Source: a virus
Lineage: Duplodnaviria; Caudoviricetes
DNA length: 43,047 nucleotides
Virus record (IMG/VR): IMGVR_UViG_3300037420_000363
Span: 1-43,047 of that record
Direction: 5' to 3' (one strand)
This document shows positions 36,258 to 43,047 of the stretch, one piece after another. Each line of letters begins with the position of its first letter. The first letter of the stretch is position 1. Made by a program: the position numbers and the translations under genes. The notes beneath the pieces were generated by a model. It made no database searches, was not told the origin of the DNA, and was given only the letters and a program-made list of their open reading frames with translations.

Positions 36258-36500
36258 ATGACCGAGACGGTCGAAATAGTTGCCAAGGCGATATGGGAAA
36301 AGCGGCGCGAACTCGCGAAACGCTGCCATGGCATTGATCTGGAAGCGTGGGGCGACGGGAGCATTCCTCGCGCTAATCACGTCTTCGAGGAGGCTCAGGC
36401 CGCGATCGAGGCCATGGTAGGGCCGTCATTGGCCGACCACGACCTTCCGTTCCATAGCGAAACGATGGCTGATCTGGAATCTCTAACTATCCGCAAGTGA
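36258..36500 (+). CDS. Hypothetical protein
   Basis: GAGGAG RBS; VEIVAKAIWE...AQAAIEAM phage motif. Confidence 0.65.
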   Translation: MTETVEIVAKAIWEKRRELAKRCHGIDLEAWGDGSIPRANHVFEEAQAAIEAMVGPSLADHDLPFHSETMADLESLTIRK

Positions 36501-36516
36501 TAACGAGGAGGAACGG

Positions 36517-36666
36517 ATGCGTAGGATTTGTTTGCTTTGCGAGGGAACGGGATTCGTAGTTTGCGACAACGATGAGGAAGGCTGGCGTCCTCCGAAGTCC
36601 GATAATGAACCGGCTGATGAATGCCATGAATGTGCCGGGTACGGATTTGTTACCGCGGATGATTGA
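36517..36666 (+). CDS. 49-aa zinc-finger microprotein (two CxxCxGxG motifs)
   Basis: GAGGAGG RBS; CLLCEGTG and CHECAGYG; below the ORF-track size cut-off. Confidence 0.6.
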   Translation: MRRICLLCEGTGFVVCDNDEEGWRPPKSDNEPADECHECAGYGFVTADD

Positions 36667-36690
36667 GCGACTAGTAGAGTGAGGAGGTGA

Positions 36691-36865
36691 TGTGCTTTGC
36701 AGAGCGGCGGCGTGGGAAATCGGTGACACGCAGCGTGAGGAATGCGGACTCCAAAAACAGCGCAAGAAGGTCAGGAAGGTGGGCCACTCGGCTCTGCACC
36801 CGTAAGGGGCACCCCGAGAAACACATTGCCGGGGTAACGTCCGGCCCGCTCTGCAAAGCGCACCA
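36691..36865 (+). ncRNA. tRNA-like structured RNA with long acceptor-like stem and large internal insert
   Basis: 17-bp stem 36691-36707/36846-36862 then CCA; D-like arm 36710-36731; T-like arm 36828-36845. Confidence 0.65.
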
Positions 36866-36966
36866 AATACCCCATTCCGCGAGGATAAGGGCGGCAGATA
36901 AGGATCGGGAATGCTCGATCGATGGCTGCCGCGAGGGATACTCAGTGAGGCAAGGAGAGCACGGCA

Positions 36967-37173
36967 ATGGATGAAAAGCTCATCAACTTCCTAGTGCGAG
37001 CTCGTCACGCCAATTGGCGCCAGCCGCCAAAGGTTTGGAACGAACAGCTTCGCCAGGCTCTCAGTGATGGACTTGTTACGGTCGGCTGGGGCGGCGTCAT
37101 CAAGGTGACTGATACCGGCTGGGATGCCGTGAAGGCTGCCGCGGATACGAATGGGGATCATCGTGGCGGGTAA
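36967..37173 (+). CDS. Hypothetical protein (winged-helix-like)
   Basis: AAGGAG RBS; GLVTVGWGGVIKVTDTG. Confidence 0.55.
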   Translation: MDEKLINFLVRARHANWRQPPKVWNEQLRQALSDGLVTVGWGGVIKVTDTGWDAVKAAADTNGDHRGG

Positions 37174-37308
37174 GTGGCCGGCAATTGACCGATATAGGAT
37201 TCTTGTGCCCTGCCTCCGCACATGCGACTGCGGCGCGACATGGTACGGTGAGCCAGACGAGAAGATGATCGGACTTTATTGGTGGACCCTATTCAAAATG
37301 CCGATCTA

Positions 37309-37332
37309 GCGCAGATGACCGAACATCGAGGA
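37309..37332 (+). repeat. Intergenic direct repeat, copy 1
   Basis: GCGCAGATGACCGAACATCGAGGA, 21/24 identical to 37791-37814. Confidence 0.7.
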
Positions 37333-37336
37333 ACCT

Positions 37337-37618
37337 ATGACAGAGACCGATCTTCACACCAAACTCAACCAGCTCGCCGCCAACATCAAGGACGCGGAGA
37401 AGGCGTATGAAAACGCCTACCATGAGTGGGTGATGGCAGGGAACAGTCTGCGCCGGCTGGAGCGACAGCACCGCAAGATCTGGCTTGATCTATTCGAGCG
37501 ACCGCGCACAGACTTCTCGAAGCTCCGGCCGATGACGCCTACCGAGGTAGCGGAAGTTGAGCGCAATACGCTGCAAGCCGATGCCGAAACGATTGAGCGG
37601 CGGCTTACGCGCACTTGA
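37337..37618 (+). CDS. Hypothetical coiled-coil protein
   Basis: GAGGA RBS supplied by the repeat. Confidence 0.6.
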   Translation: MTETDLHTKLNQLAANIKDAEKAYENAYHEWVMAGNSLRRLERQHRKIWLDLFERPRTDFSKLRPMTPTEVAEVERNTLQADAETIERRLTRT

Positions 37619-37635
37619 GCAGGAAGGGAAACAGC

Positions 37636-37800
37636 ATGAACAAGATTTTGGAAGGCGCCAAGGAAGCGGTTAAGGTCACGCAGTGTGACCATGACTTGGT
37701 CGTGCAGCCGCGCACCACTGCGAACCCGGTCCTGGAGCGGTTCTACTGCACCAAGTGCAAGGCGACGATCTACGAGCCGATACCGGCCTGGCGCAGCTAA
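37636..37800 (+). CDS. Small Zn-binding hypothetical protein
   Basis: CDH...CTKC; AGGGA RBS. Confidence 0.55.
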   Translation: MNKILEGAKEAVKVTQCDHDLVVQPRTTANPVLERFYCTKCKATIYEPIPAWRS

Positions 37801-37814
37801 GCGAACATCGAGGA
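37791..37814 (+). repeat. Intergenic direct repeat, copy 2
   Basis: GCGCAGCTAAGCGAACATCGAGGA. Confidence 0.7.
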
Positions 37815-38062
37815 TGACAATGGACTTAAAAGAACGTGTCGCCAGAGCGATTGGTGAAGCCGCACTAAATGACGATCCAGGCAGAACACAACTTGATTGG
37901 CCGGACATTAGTTATCCTGATGCCAATGGTGGGCTGAACCTCCTCGTGCTGGCCCAAGCAGCTATTGATGAGATCGTCAAGGGCGCGGAGTCCTGCGGCG
38001 TTTGCGGCTGCGCAGTCTACAAGGGGCTGCCAACCGCTGTTGGGCAATCACCACTGAAGTAG
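37814..38062 (+). CDS. Hypothetical protein
   Basis: LKERVARAI...LAQAAIDEI motif. Confidence 0.55.
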   Translation: MTMDLKERVARAIGEAALNDDPGRTQLDWPDISYPDANGGLNLLVLAQAAIDEIVKGAESCGVCGCAVYKGLPTAVGQSPLK

Positions 38063-38102
38063 TTTAGGGGCATTTGCGCCCCTACGGTCCCCGGAGGGAA
38101 AG

Positions 38103-38333
38103 ATGGACAAGCTTCTAGAGATTTTTGAGAAGTCGCTGGCTGAGTATCAGGCCAAGATCGGCAAGAAGGACAATCTTGTCGGAAGCGGCGAGATCGTTTT
38201 GGCTGAATTCAGAAAGCAGCGCGATCAGATCGTGACGCTTGGGCGCCTATTGGCTGATTTCTATGCCCAGAATCCTAGGATTAAGGACGAGGTTTACAGG
38301 AGCCAGGCGTATCCCGACGCCTGGCCGCAGTAG
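38103..38333 (+). CDS. Hypothetical protein
   Basis: GGAGG RBS; preceded by a TAGGGGC/GCCCCTA hairpin. Confidence 0.6.
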   Translation: MDKLLEIFEKSLAEYQAKIGKKDNLVGSGEIVLAEFRKQRDQIVTLGRLLADFYAQNPRIKDEVYRSQAYPDAWPQ

Positions 38334-38363
38334 GGGTCTCACGCATTCCCTGAGGGATTGAAC

Positions 38364-38516
38364 ATGCGAGTCTGGATCTATACCAACGAGCGCTATCCGG
38401 TCGGAGACAAGGACCGCCTGAAGGTGTTCGCGACGAATGAAGACGCCCAAGCCTGGTTCGAGGAAAACGATCCCGAGGGCGTTGCCTTCGAGTATGAGGT
38501 CATCGGCGCGGCTTGA
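38364..38516 (+). CDS. 50-aa hypothetical protein
   Basis: GAGGG RBS; MRVWIY...LKVFAT.EDAQAWFEENDPEGVAFEYEV. Confidence 0.6.
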   Translation: MRVWIYTNERYPVGDKDRLKVFATNEDAQAWFEENDPEGVAFEYEVIGAA

Positions 38517-38546
38517 CCGTCCTCACCGCCCGCGGAATCATGCGGG

Positions 38547-38732
38547 ATGGAAAAGAAGCATCAACAGACCATCGTTCGCATCGTCCCGCATGAAGAGAGT
38601 TTCGAGGTCAGGGTATCGACCTGGTTCTATTTCGACGAGGACAAGTCACGGCGGGATGTATCGGGCAGGCCAACCAAGGACGAGGCCAAGGTGGTGGCGC
38701 AGGAGTTTGCGAGAAAGGAAGCTGAGAAATGA
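38547..38732 (+). CDS. Hypothetical protein
   Basis: 61 aa; ATGA overlap with the next gene. Confidence 0.55.
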   Translation: MEKKHQQTIVRIVPHEESFEVRVSTWFYFDEDKSRRDVSGRPTKDEAKVVAQEFARKEAEK

Positions 38733-39028
38733 TCAACCGTCGCTCACTCATCACCGGACTGATTTCCCTTGTTGCGGCGCCGGCCATCGTGCGCGCCGGG
38801 TCTTTGATGCCGGTAAAGGTGCTCACTGGCGCAGAGCTGTTTGCTGCCGCCGTGCCGGGGGATAGTTTCTCGGCGGGTGTCCAGAGCGCGACAGACTACT
38901 ACGTTTCAAACTGGATACCCTTAGCCGACCTGCCCCCAGACGGGGCATGGATCAGCGTAACCATGAGAGGCGCGGAACAAGCGTTCACGCATCAGATATT
39001 TACCCGGTTTGTCCGGCAATCGCGTTAA
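38729..39028 (+). CDS. Protein with a twin-arginine-like N-terminus
   Basis: MINRRSLITGLISLVAAPAIVRA. Confidence 0.6.
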   Translation: MINRRSLITGLISLVAAPAIVRAGSLMPVKVLTGAELFAAAVPGDSFSAGVQSATDYYVSNWIPLADLPPDGAWISVTMRGAEQAFTHQIFTRFVRQSR

Positions 39029-41193
39029 GTCACCACATTCGCCTGCGCCGTCGAAGCCTTGTTGAGCTGACCATTGTACCAGATCTGAGTCAAACCAGTT
39101 CCGGTATATGCAGCCAATCGGCCACCGTTCGGCGTATTCGACATCTTGAATGCGCTTCGTCCGGTGCCGGACGACGTGCACGTCGCAGTCGCCTCGCAGC
39201 GATACCAGCCTGGGACTTCCTCGCATGGCCATATCTTTGCCGTCGCACCAGCGCCGCCCGCGCCAACGGAGCCGCCGGTGCCCCCGCTGATATCGAAGTT
39301 TGCATAAGCCGTCGCTCCGAACCTGTTGCTATCGAACGCGATCTGGAAGGCACTGCGGCCGCCGGACGGAACCTTGACGTACATCGACGTCGTCCAGACC
39401 TCATTGAGGGTGAACGTAATGAGGTTTGTATTCAGGGCGCTGTGCGTCGCGTTCGCCGTTCCTTCGGTGACGGTCCAAGCCGTGTTGGCGTTGCCAAATG
39501 GATCGGTCGCATTCTGTGCGAAGGTAAGATCAGCCGGAGAAACGTATCCCGATAGCGTGTTTGACGTTGTGTTGAAGTTGGTAGCGGCAGCGACGACGGC
39601 GGGGAACGTCGCCGTGCTCTGAACGCTAGGACCGTCTCCCGTGACCGTCACAACGCACGTCGGCACTTTGCCAATGTCGCCGGAAGCCCAAGTCGGGCTT
39701 ATCGTCGAATTTGTTCCTACATTGGTCCCGTCGAGCTTCCACTGATAACTGTAGCCGATCGTTCCGGAGCCCGAAACTTGCGGATTGCGAACAACACAGT
39801 TTGACCCGACCTGCGCGAAACTGAAGCCGGCAAAATACGACGCAGGCCGCATGATAATCGGCCCGAACGTCGGACGCAGATAGGACCTGAACGTCGAAGC
39901 CATGAGGGGCGTGGCGGGCCTGGTCGGCTCCACGCTTCCGCTTGCCGGATGCAAATTGTCCGACGTATCCCACACCGCTGGGGAACCGATTTTTACAGCA
40001 TCGTAGGTGTTAACAATGGCATCGATACTGCCAGCCGCCAGCCGAGCCTGAGCAAGCGTGAGCGCATACGCCTGTGTAGCGTCAACGGTCGCGTCGCCAC
40101 CGTGGGTCGCGTTGTACAGTGGAACATCGTTCCACATGACAATCTTGGGCTTTGGTGAAAGAGTCGCGCAAAGCGCGATCAGAGCATCAACGCGAGTAAA
40201 ATAGGTATCTGCCTTACCGTTGTCGCCGTAGCCGTCGTTTCGGGAGCCTGTCGGGATAAAGATATAGTTCGGCCGCACGCCTGAATTCAGAACGGACGTA
40301 AGCGCTGGCATGAATGTTGACGAAGTCTGCCCGCTCTGGCCCACATTCATGAACGTCATAGGCGCGTCTGGCGTGCTCGCCCCGAGGATGGCGCGCTGTT
40401 GCCAACCGTCTTGACCGTCGCCTGTTTGGGTGCCGGAGCTTTGAACGCCGCCCGAAACGCTATCGCCTCCGTTCATGAAGCTGGTGGCGACCACGTTTCC
40501 GCGATAGCGGAACTCAATCGACATGAGCGGAGAGAGTGCCGACGCGCTGCTTCTGAAATAATTCGCAGGCTCGTTCGTCAGCGTTGAGACGCCATCGCCA
40601 TTGAACACCCCCATGTCGTAAACGCGGCTATAATCGATGTCGTTGCGGTCCCCGACAATCTGAGTCCCGGAATAATTGGCCCCGGAGGCATTGCCGTTGG
40701 CATAAAGCCTCAGAAGCAGAAGATGACGCAGCGAACCATCATCTCGGTTTACTGAAGAAACATTTAACCAATCGCTTTCGACAGAGGTTGCCACGGCGTT
40801 GCCGGCTCCGGCCGAACCACTAACAGCCGAGCCGCCCCATAGCCCGACCCGCCAGCCGGGGCCAGAAGTCACTACGGAGTTGTACTCCGTACCCCCAACA
40901 ATCGGCCGGAACCTATGAGCCGCGGTATCACGCAAAGCCGTTTCGGTTGAAGCCGCTACAAAGCTGAAAACACCCGTCGGAGATGAAATGGTATTCCAAA
41001 CACGGATGCGAATTGCATCGAAAGGCGCTTCGCATTCCTGGCGGAGGTAATAGGTCTGATTCCCAACGGGAAAGGTGATATTGGGGATTTCCATCCGCAT
41101 GAGGGCGCGGAATGAGGTGCTCAGTGACCCAAGGACAGTGCTGCCCTCCCTGCCGAAACCCCTGCCACCGGCGCCTAGCTTTCCAAATGCCAT
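39025..41193 (-). CDS. SGNH/GDSL esterase-domain protein with Ig-like and carbohydrate-binding-like C-terminal domains (probably virion-associated)
   Basis: GDSV, NVGQSG, GSRND and DNLHP blocks; YSYQWKLDG...GDIGKVPTCVVT Ig-like segment; GWYRC C-terminal module. Confidence 0.75.
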   Translation of the reverse strand: MAFGKLGAGGRGFGREGSTVLGSLSTSFRALMRMEIPNITFPVGNQTYYLRQECEAPFDAIRIRVWNTISSPTGVFSFVAASTETALRDTAAHRFRPIVGGTEYNSVVTSGPGWRVGLWGGSAVSGSAGAGNAVATSVESDWLNVSSVNRDDGSLRHLLLLRLYANGNASGANYSGTQIVGDRNDIDYSRVYDMGVFNGDGVSTLTNEPANYFRSSASALSPLMSIEFRYRGNVVATSFMNGGDSVSGGVQSSGTQTGDGQDGWQQRAILGASTPDAPMTFMNVGQSGQTSSTFMPALTSVLNSGVRPNYIFIPTGSRNDGYGDNGKADTYFTRVDALIALCATLSPKPKIVMWNDVPLYNATHGGDATVDATQAYALTLAQARLAAGSIDAIVNTYDAVKIGSPAVWDTSDNLHPASGSVEPTRPATPLMASTFRSYLRPTFGPIIMRPASYFAGFSFAQVGSNCVVRNPQVSGSGTIGYSYQWKLDGTNVGTNSTISPTWASGDIGKVPTCVVTVTGDGPSVQSTATFPAVVAAATNFNTTSNTLSGYVSPADLTFAQNATDPFGNANTAWTVTEGTANATHSALNTNLITFTLNEVWTTSMYVKVPSGGRSAFQIAFDSNRFGATAYANFDISGGTGGSVGAGGAGATAKIWPCEEVPGWYRCEATATCTSSGTGRSAFKMSNTPNGGRLAAYTGTGLTQIWYNGQLNKASTAQANVVT

Positions 41194-41203
41194 TGATCGA
41201 GCC

Positions 41204-41563
41204 TTACGGGTTGGCGATAACGGAGATCGTGGCGCCGGGCTGAACGCCGAAGTATTCCGGCGACATGGCGCCGATCGGCAGGCTCGAGGTGGTAGCCGTG
41301 CCGCCGACTTTCACGGCGCACTGCACCTCACAGGTGATGCGGATGTATTTGGTCTGAGACCCGAACGCCGCGGAGGTCTGCACGCCGCCACTGATGTCGA
41401 GCGTTGACTGATCGGCCAGAGACGGAAGGGCCGCCATCTGCCCAGCAGAGCCGCTATTGGTCGCGGTCAGGACCCCGAACTCAGAAATCCAAACGCGGCT
41501 AGCCGCCTCGGCAGAGGTTGACGCGAGCAGCGCAAAGGCCGCGGCGACGAGGTATCGCAGCAT
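41204..41563 (-). CDS. Small beta-rich late protein with an apparent signal peptide
   Basis: MLRYLVAAAFALLASTSAEA|A; TSAAFG.QTKYIRI...PEYFGV; GGAG RBS. Confidence 0.65.
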   Translation of the reverse strand: MLRYLVAAAFALLASTSAEAASRVWISEFGVLTATNSGSAGQMAALPSLADQSTLDISGGVQTSAAFGSQTKYIRITCEVQCAVKVGGTATTSSLPIGAMSPEYFGVQPGATISVIANP

Positions 41564-41601
41564 GGGTAGGCTCCAGTTTTTAGATGTGGTTAGATCGAAG
41601 G

Positions 41602-41814
41602 ATGAAACGAACGCTGATAGCTCTAGCAACTGTCGCTGCTTGGCCTGCCGTGGCCTTGTATTGGGCCTTTCGGTATGCAGCAGCGCATCAAACTTGGCCG
41701 CAGAGAATTGGATACTTCGCCATGATGCTTGGGCCGGTCGCAGTACTCAGCTTGCTATGGCTTGGGGCTTTCGTCCTGACATATGGAATCGTCATCGCGT
41801 TACTTGGCTCTTAG
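41602..41814 (+). CDS. Small membrane protein with two TM segments (antisense moron)
   Basis: Two hydrophobic segments; fills the gap between late genes. Confidence 0.5.
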   Translation: MKRTLIALATVAAWPAVALYWAFRYAAAHQTWPQRIGYFAMMLGPVAVLSLLWLGAFVLTYGIVIALLGS

Positions 41815-42056
41815 ATCCCGCAACGGCGCCGGACTTCGGCGATCTCGGATTTGGTGTAACCGTGACGACGAGCCATCTTCTCGGCCTCGTCAGAGTTGCC
41901 GGCATAGGTGAGGAGAGCCCTCGCCTTCCAGCATGGGATTTGCTCAGCGGACCACGCCGGCCGCGTCATCAGCAGGATCAGCGCGACAAACAGGACGAAG
42001 ATGGCAAATACCGTGAGGGAAAGGAAGAGTGTGGCGCGACGCTTCATGTGAGGCAT
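41811..42056 (-). CDS. Small exported protein with two Cys
   Basis: KRR plus hydrophobic core plus AWS|A; CW...RRCG. Confidence 0.55.
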   Translation of the reverse strand: MPHMKRRATLFLSLTVFAIFVLFVALILLMTRPAWSAEQIPCWKARALLTYAGNSDEAEKMARRHGYTKSEIAEVRRRCGI

Positions 42057-42371
42057 CTAGCGTTTGTACTCGCCATCGATATTGCCGCGGCGTGGTCCCT
42101 GGATGAAACCCTCTCCGTGGCGCAGCTCGTCGTACCACTTCATCAGAAGTTCGATCTTGGTCTCTTGGACGGCGATCTTCTGAAGCGTATCGCTAAACGC
42201 CTTGAACTCTGTTTTGATCTCTTTGAACTCCTTGGAGAGAGCATTTAGCGTCATCTGATCACCGGCCTCTTTGCCGCCTCTGTTGTAAAGGAAGGCCGCG
42301 GCCACCATGACCGCGCCCGCCATCGTGAGGATGTCACCAAGCTTCACCGTCCATTCGAACGTCAGTCCCAT
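42057..42371 (-). CDS. Single-TM coiled-coil lysis-cassette protein
   Basis: N-terminal TM followed by a coiled coil; AGGAG RBS. Confidence 0.6.
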   Translation of the reverse strand: MGLTFEWTVKLGDILTMAGAVMVAAAFLYNRGGKEAGDQMTLNALSKEFKEIKTEFKAFSDTLQKIAVQETKIELLMKWYDELRHGEGFIQGPRRGNIDGEYKR

Positions 42372-42431
42372 TCCGTTAAGCTCCTAGAAATCCGCCGATT
42401 GCTAGGATTGCGCCCAGCCTGTGCTATGGTT

Positions 42432-42486
42432 ACCGCCACAGCGCGGGTTAGAGCCGTCGTGGCGGTCGCCACCGCCGCGGCGGCTC
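42432..42486 (+). promoter_or_regulatory. 16-bp hairpin with a competing 8-bp pairing
   Basis: 42451-42466 pairs with 42471-42486; 42432-42439 pairs with 42459-42466. Confidence 0.45.
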
Positions 42487-42487
42487 G

Positions 42488-42652
42488 CTACTTTTTGGCC
42501 GCCTGTGAGATCGCGTCAGCCTTGGCGTGAAGCTTGCGCGAAAGCTCATTGGCGCCGATCACCATCTTTTCGATGCTGTCACGGCAGAACCAGATGAGCG
42601 CGCCGCCCGCGAGAAAGCATCCGATGTTTCCGAGGATCATGAGGGAGGTCAT
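42488..42652 (-). CDS. Small single-TM protein
   Basis: ATGA overlap with the holin stop; 54 aa. Confidence 0.5.
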   Translation of the reverse strand: MTSLMILGNIGCFLAGGALIWFCRDSIEKMVIGANELSRKLHAKADAISQAAKK

Positions 42653-43047
42653 GTGTTCGTTCCTTTGACGATGGTGGCAGTTGGTTTCGTTACGGCGAGC
42701 GTCGCCGCCATGCGATCTTGGCCACGCAGCATCATGCGATCGCCGAACCAGAAGCCGATGATGGCACCGAACATGGCCTGCGTTTCGTCCGGCCAAAGCA
42801 CCTTGACGAGCTGCCCGAGGTCATAGCCGCTGTTCACCGCATAGATGAACATGAAGACCTCTAGAAGAATCCAGAGATGGAAGAAAACAAGCGTGACATA
42901 GGGCCTGACAAATACGGCCAATCCGTCCACAAACTTGTTGCCGCTAAGGCCAGCACCAAAACTGTAAATGTGGTCTGCCTGTCGAATATCAGCCTGAGCG
43001 TTAGCGAGATCGACCTGTAGAGCCACGCCTTCCTTTTGAGCCTGGAG
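42649..43047 (-). CDS. 3' part of the 3TM-type holin starting at 220
   Basis: VRPYVTL...FGAIIGFWFGDR; frame is open to the window end. Confidence 0.75.
   Translation of the reverse strand, partial: LQAQKEGVALQVDLANAQADIRQADHIYSFGAGLSGNKFVDGLAVFVRPYVTLVFFHLWILLEVFMFIYAVNSGYDLGQLVKVLWPDETQAMFGAIIGFWFGDRMMLRGQDRMAATLAVTKPTATIVKGTNT
42954..43047. repeat. Terminal direct repeat, copy 2
   Basis: Identical to 1-94. Confidence 0.97.

Noticed and set aside
36691-36865. Canonical tRNA or tmRNA gene
   Set aside because: No anticodon arm, no TTCRA T-loop, acceptor stem far longer than 7 bp, and too short for tmRNA with no tag frame seen.
36687-36974. 95-aa ORF over the tRNA-like RNA
   Set aside because: Arg/Ser/Gly-rich with no recognisable motif, and the region is better explained by extensive base pairing. 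The upstream GAGGAG could still allow translation, so it is not fully excluded.
35141-39028. True integron cassette array behind the tyrosine recombinase
   Set aside because: No RYYYAAC...GTTRRRY attC sites seen, and the integrase is phage-type with an adjacent xis.
42954-43047. 94-bp terminal repeat as a biological direct terminal repeat
   Set aside because: It lies inside a coding sequence that reads through the join, as expected of an assembler overlap.
1-43047. CRISPR array, diversity-generating retroelement, retron or IS element
   Set aside because: No regularly spaced repeat-spacer array, reverse transcriptase, template/variable repeat pair or transposase motif seen.

Overview
The window is an apparently complete, circularly assembled temperate phage genome of about 42,953 bp; bases 1-94 repeat 42954-43047 and the join falls inside a holin gene. 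The host is probably an alphaproteobacterium (Bradyrhizobium/rhizobium-like), inferred from a GapR homologue, a stand-alone DnaA C-terminal domain, an alpha-r8/suhB-type sRNA motif and high GC. The virion module is P22/podovirus-like on the minus strand: TerS, TerL, portal, scaffold, major capsid, adaptor, gp10-like hub, three ejection proteins, tail fibres, endolysin and holins, then an SGNH-esterase protein. A lambda-like cI/cro switch with 17-bp-spaced operators drives a leftward replication arm and a rightward arm (ERF, YqaJ exonuclease, NinB, HNH, two methyltransferases, many small ORFs, xis, tyrosine integrase, attP). A cargo region of tiny genes and structured non-coding segments follows attP. 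The strongest leads are four. (1) A ~175-nt tRNA-shaped RNA at 36691-36865 with a 17-bp acceptor-like stem ending in CCA, D-like and T-like arms in tRNA spacing and a ~96-nt insert, plus a second structured RNA nearby. (2) Several tail/virion-type late proteins with apparent cleavable Sec signal peptides and multiple cysteines, suggesting export and assembly outside the cytoplasm. (3) A phage-borne alpha-r8/MmgR-like anti-Shine-Dalgarno sRNA in the late leader. (4) A shared C-terminal peptide tag and intergenic repeats among the accessory genes. All assignments come from reading the sequence; no database searches were run.
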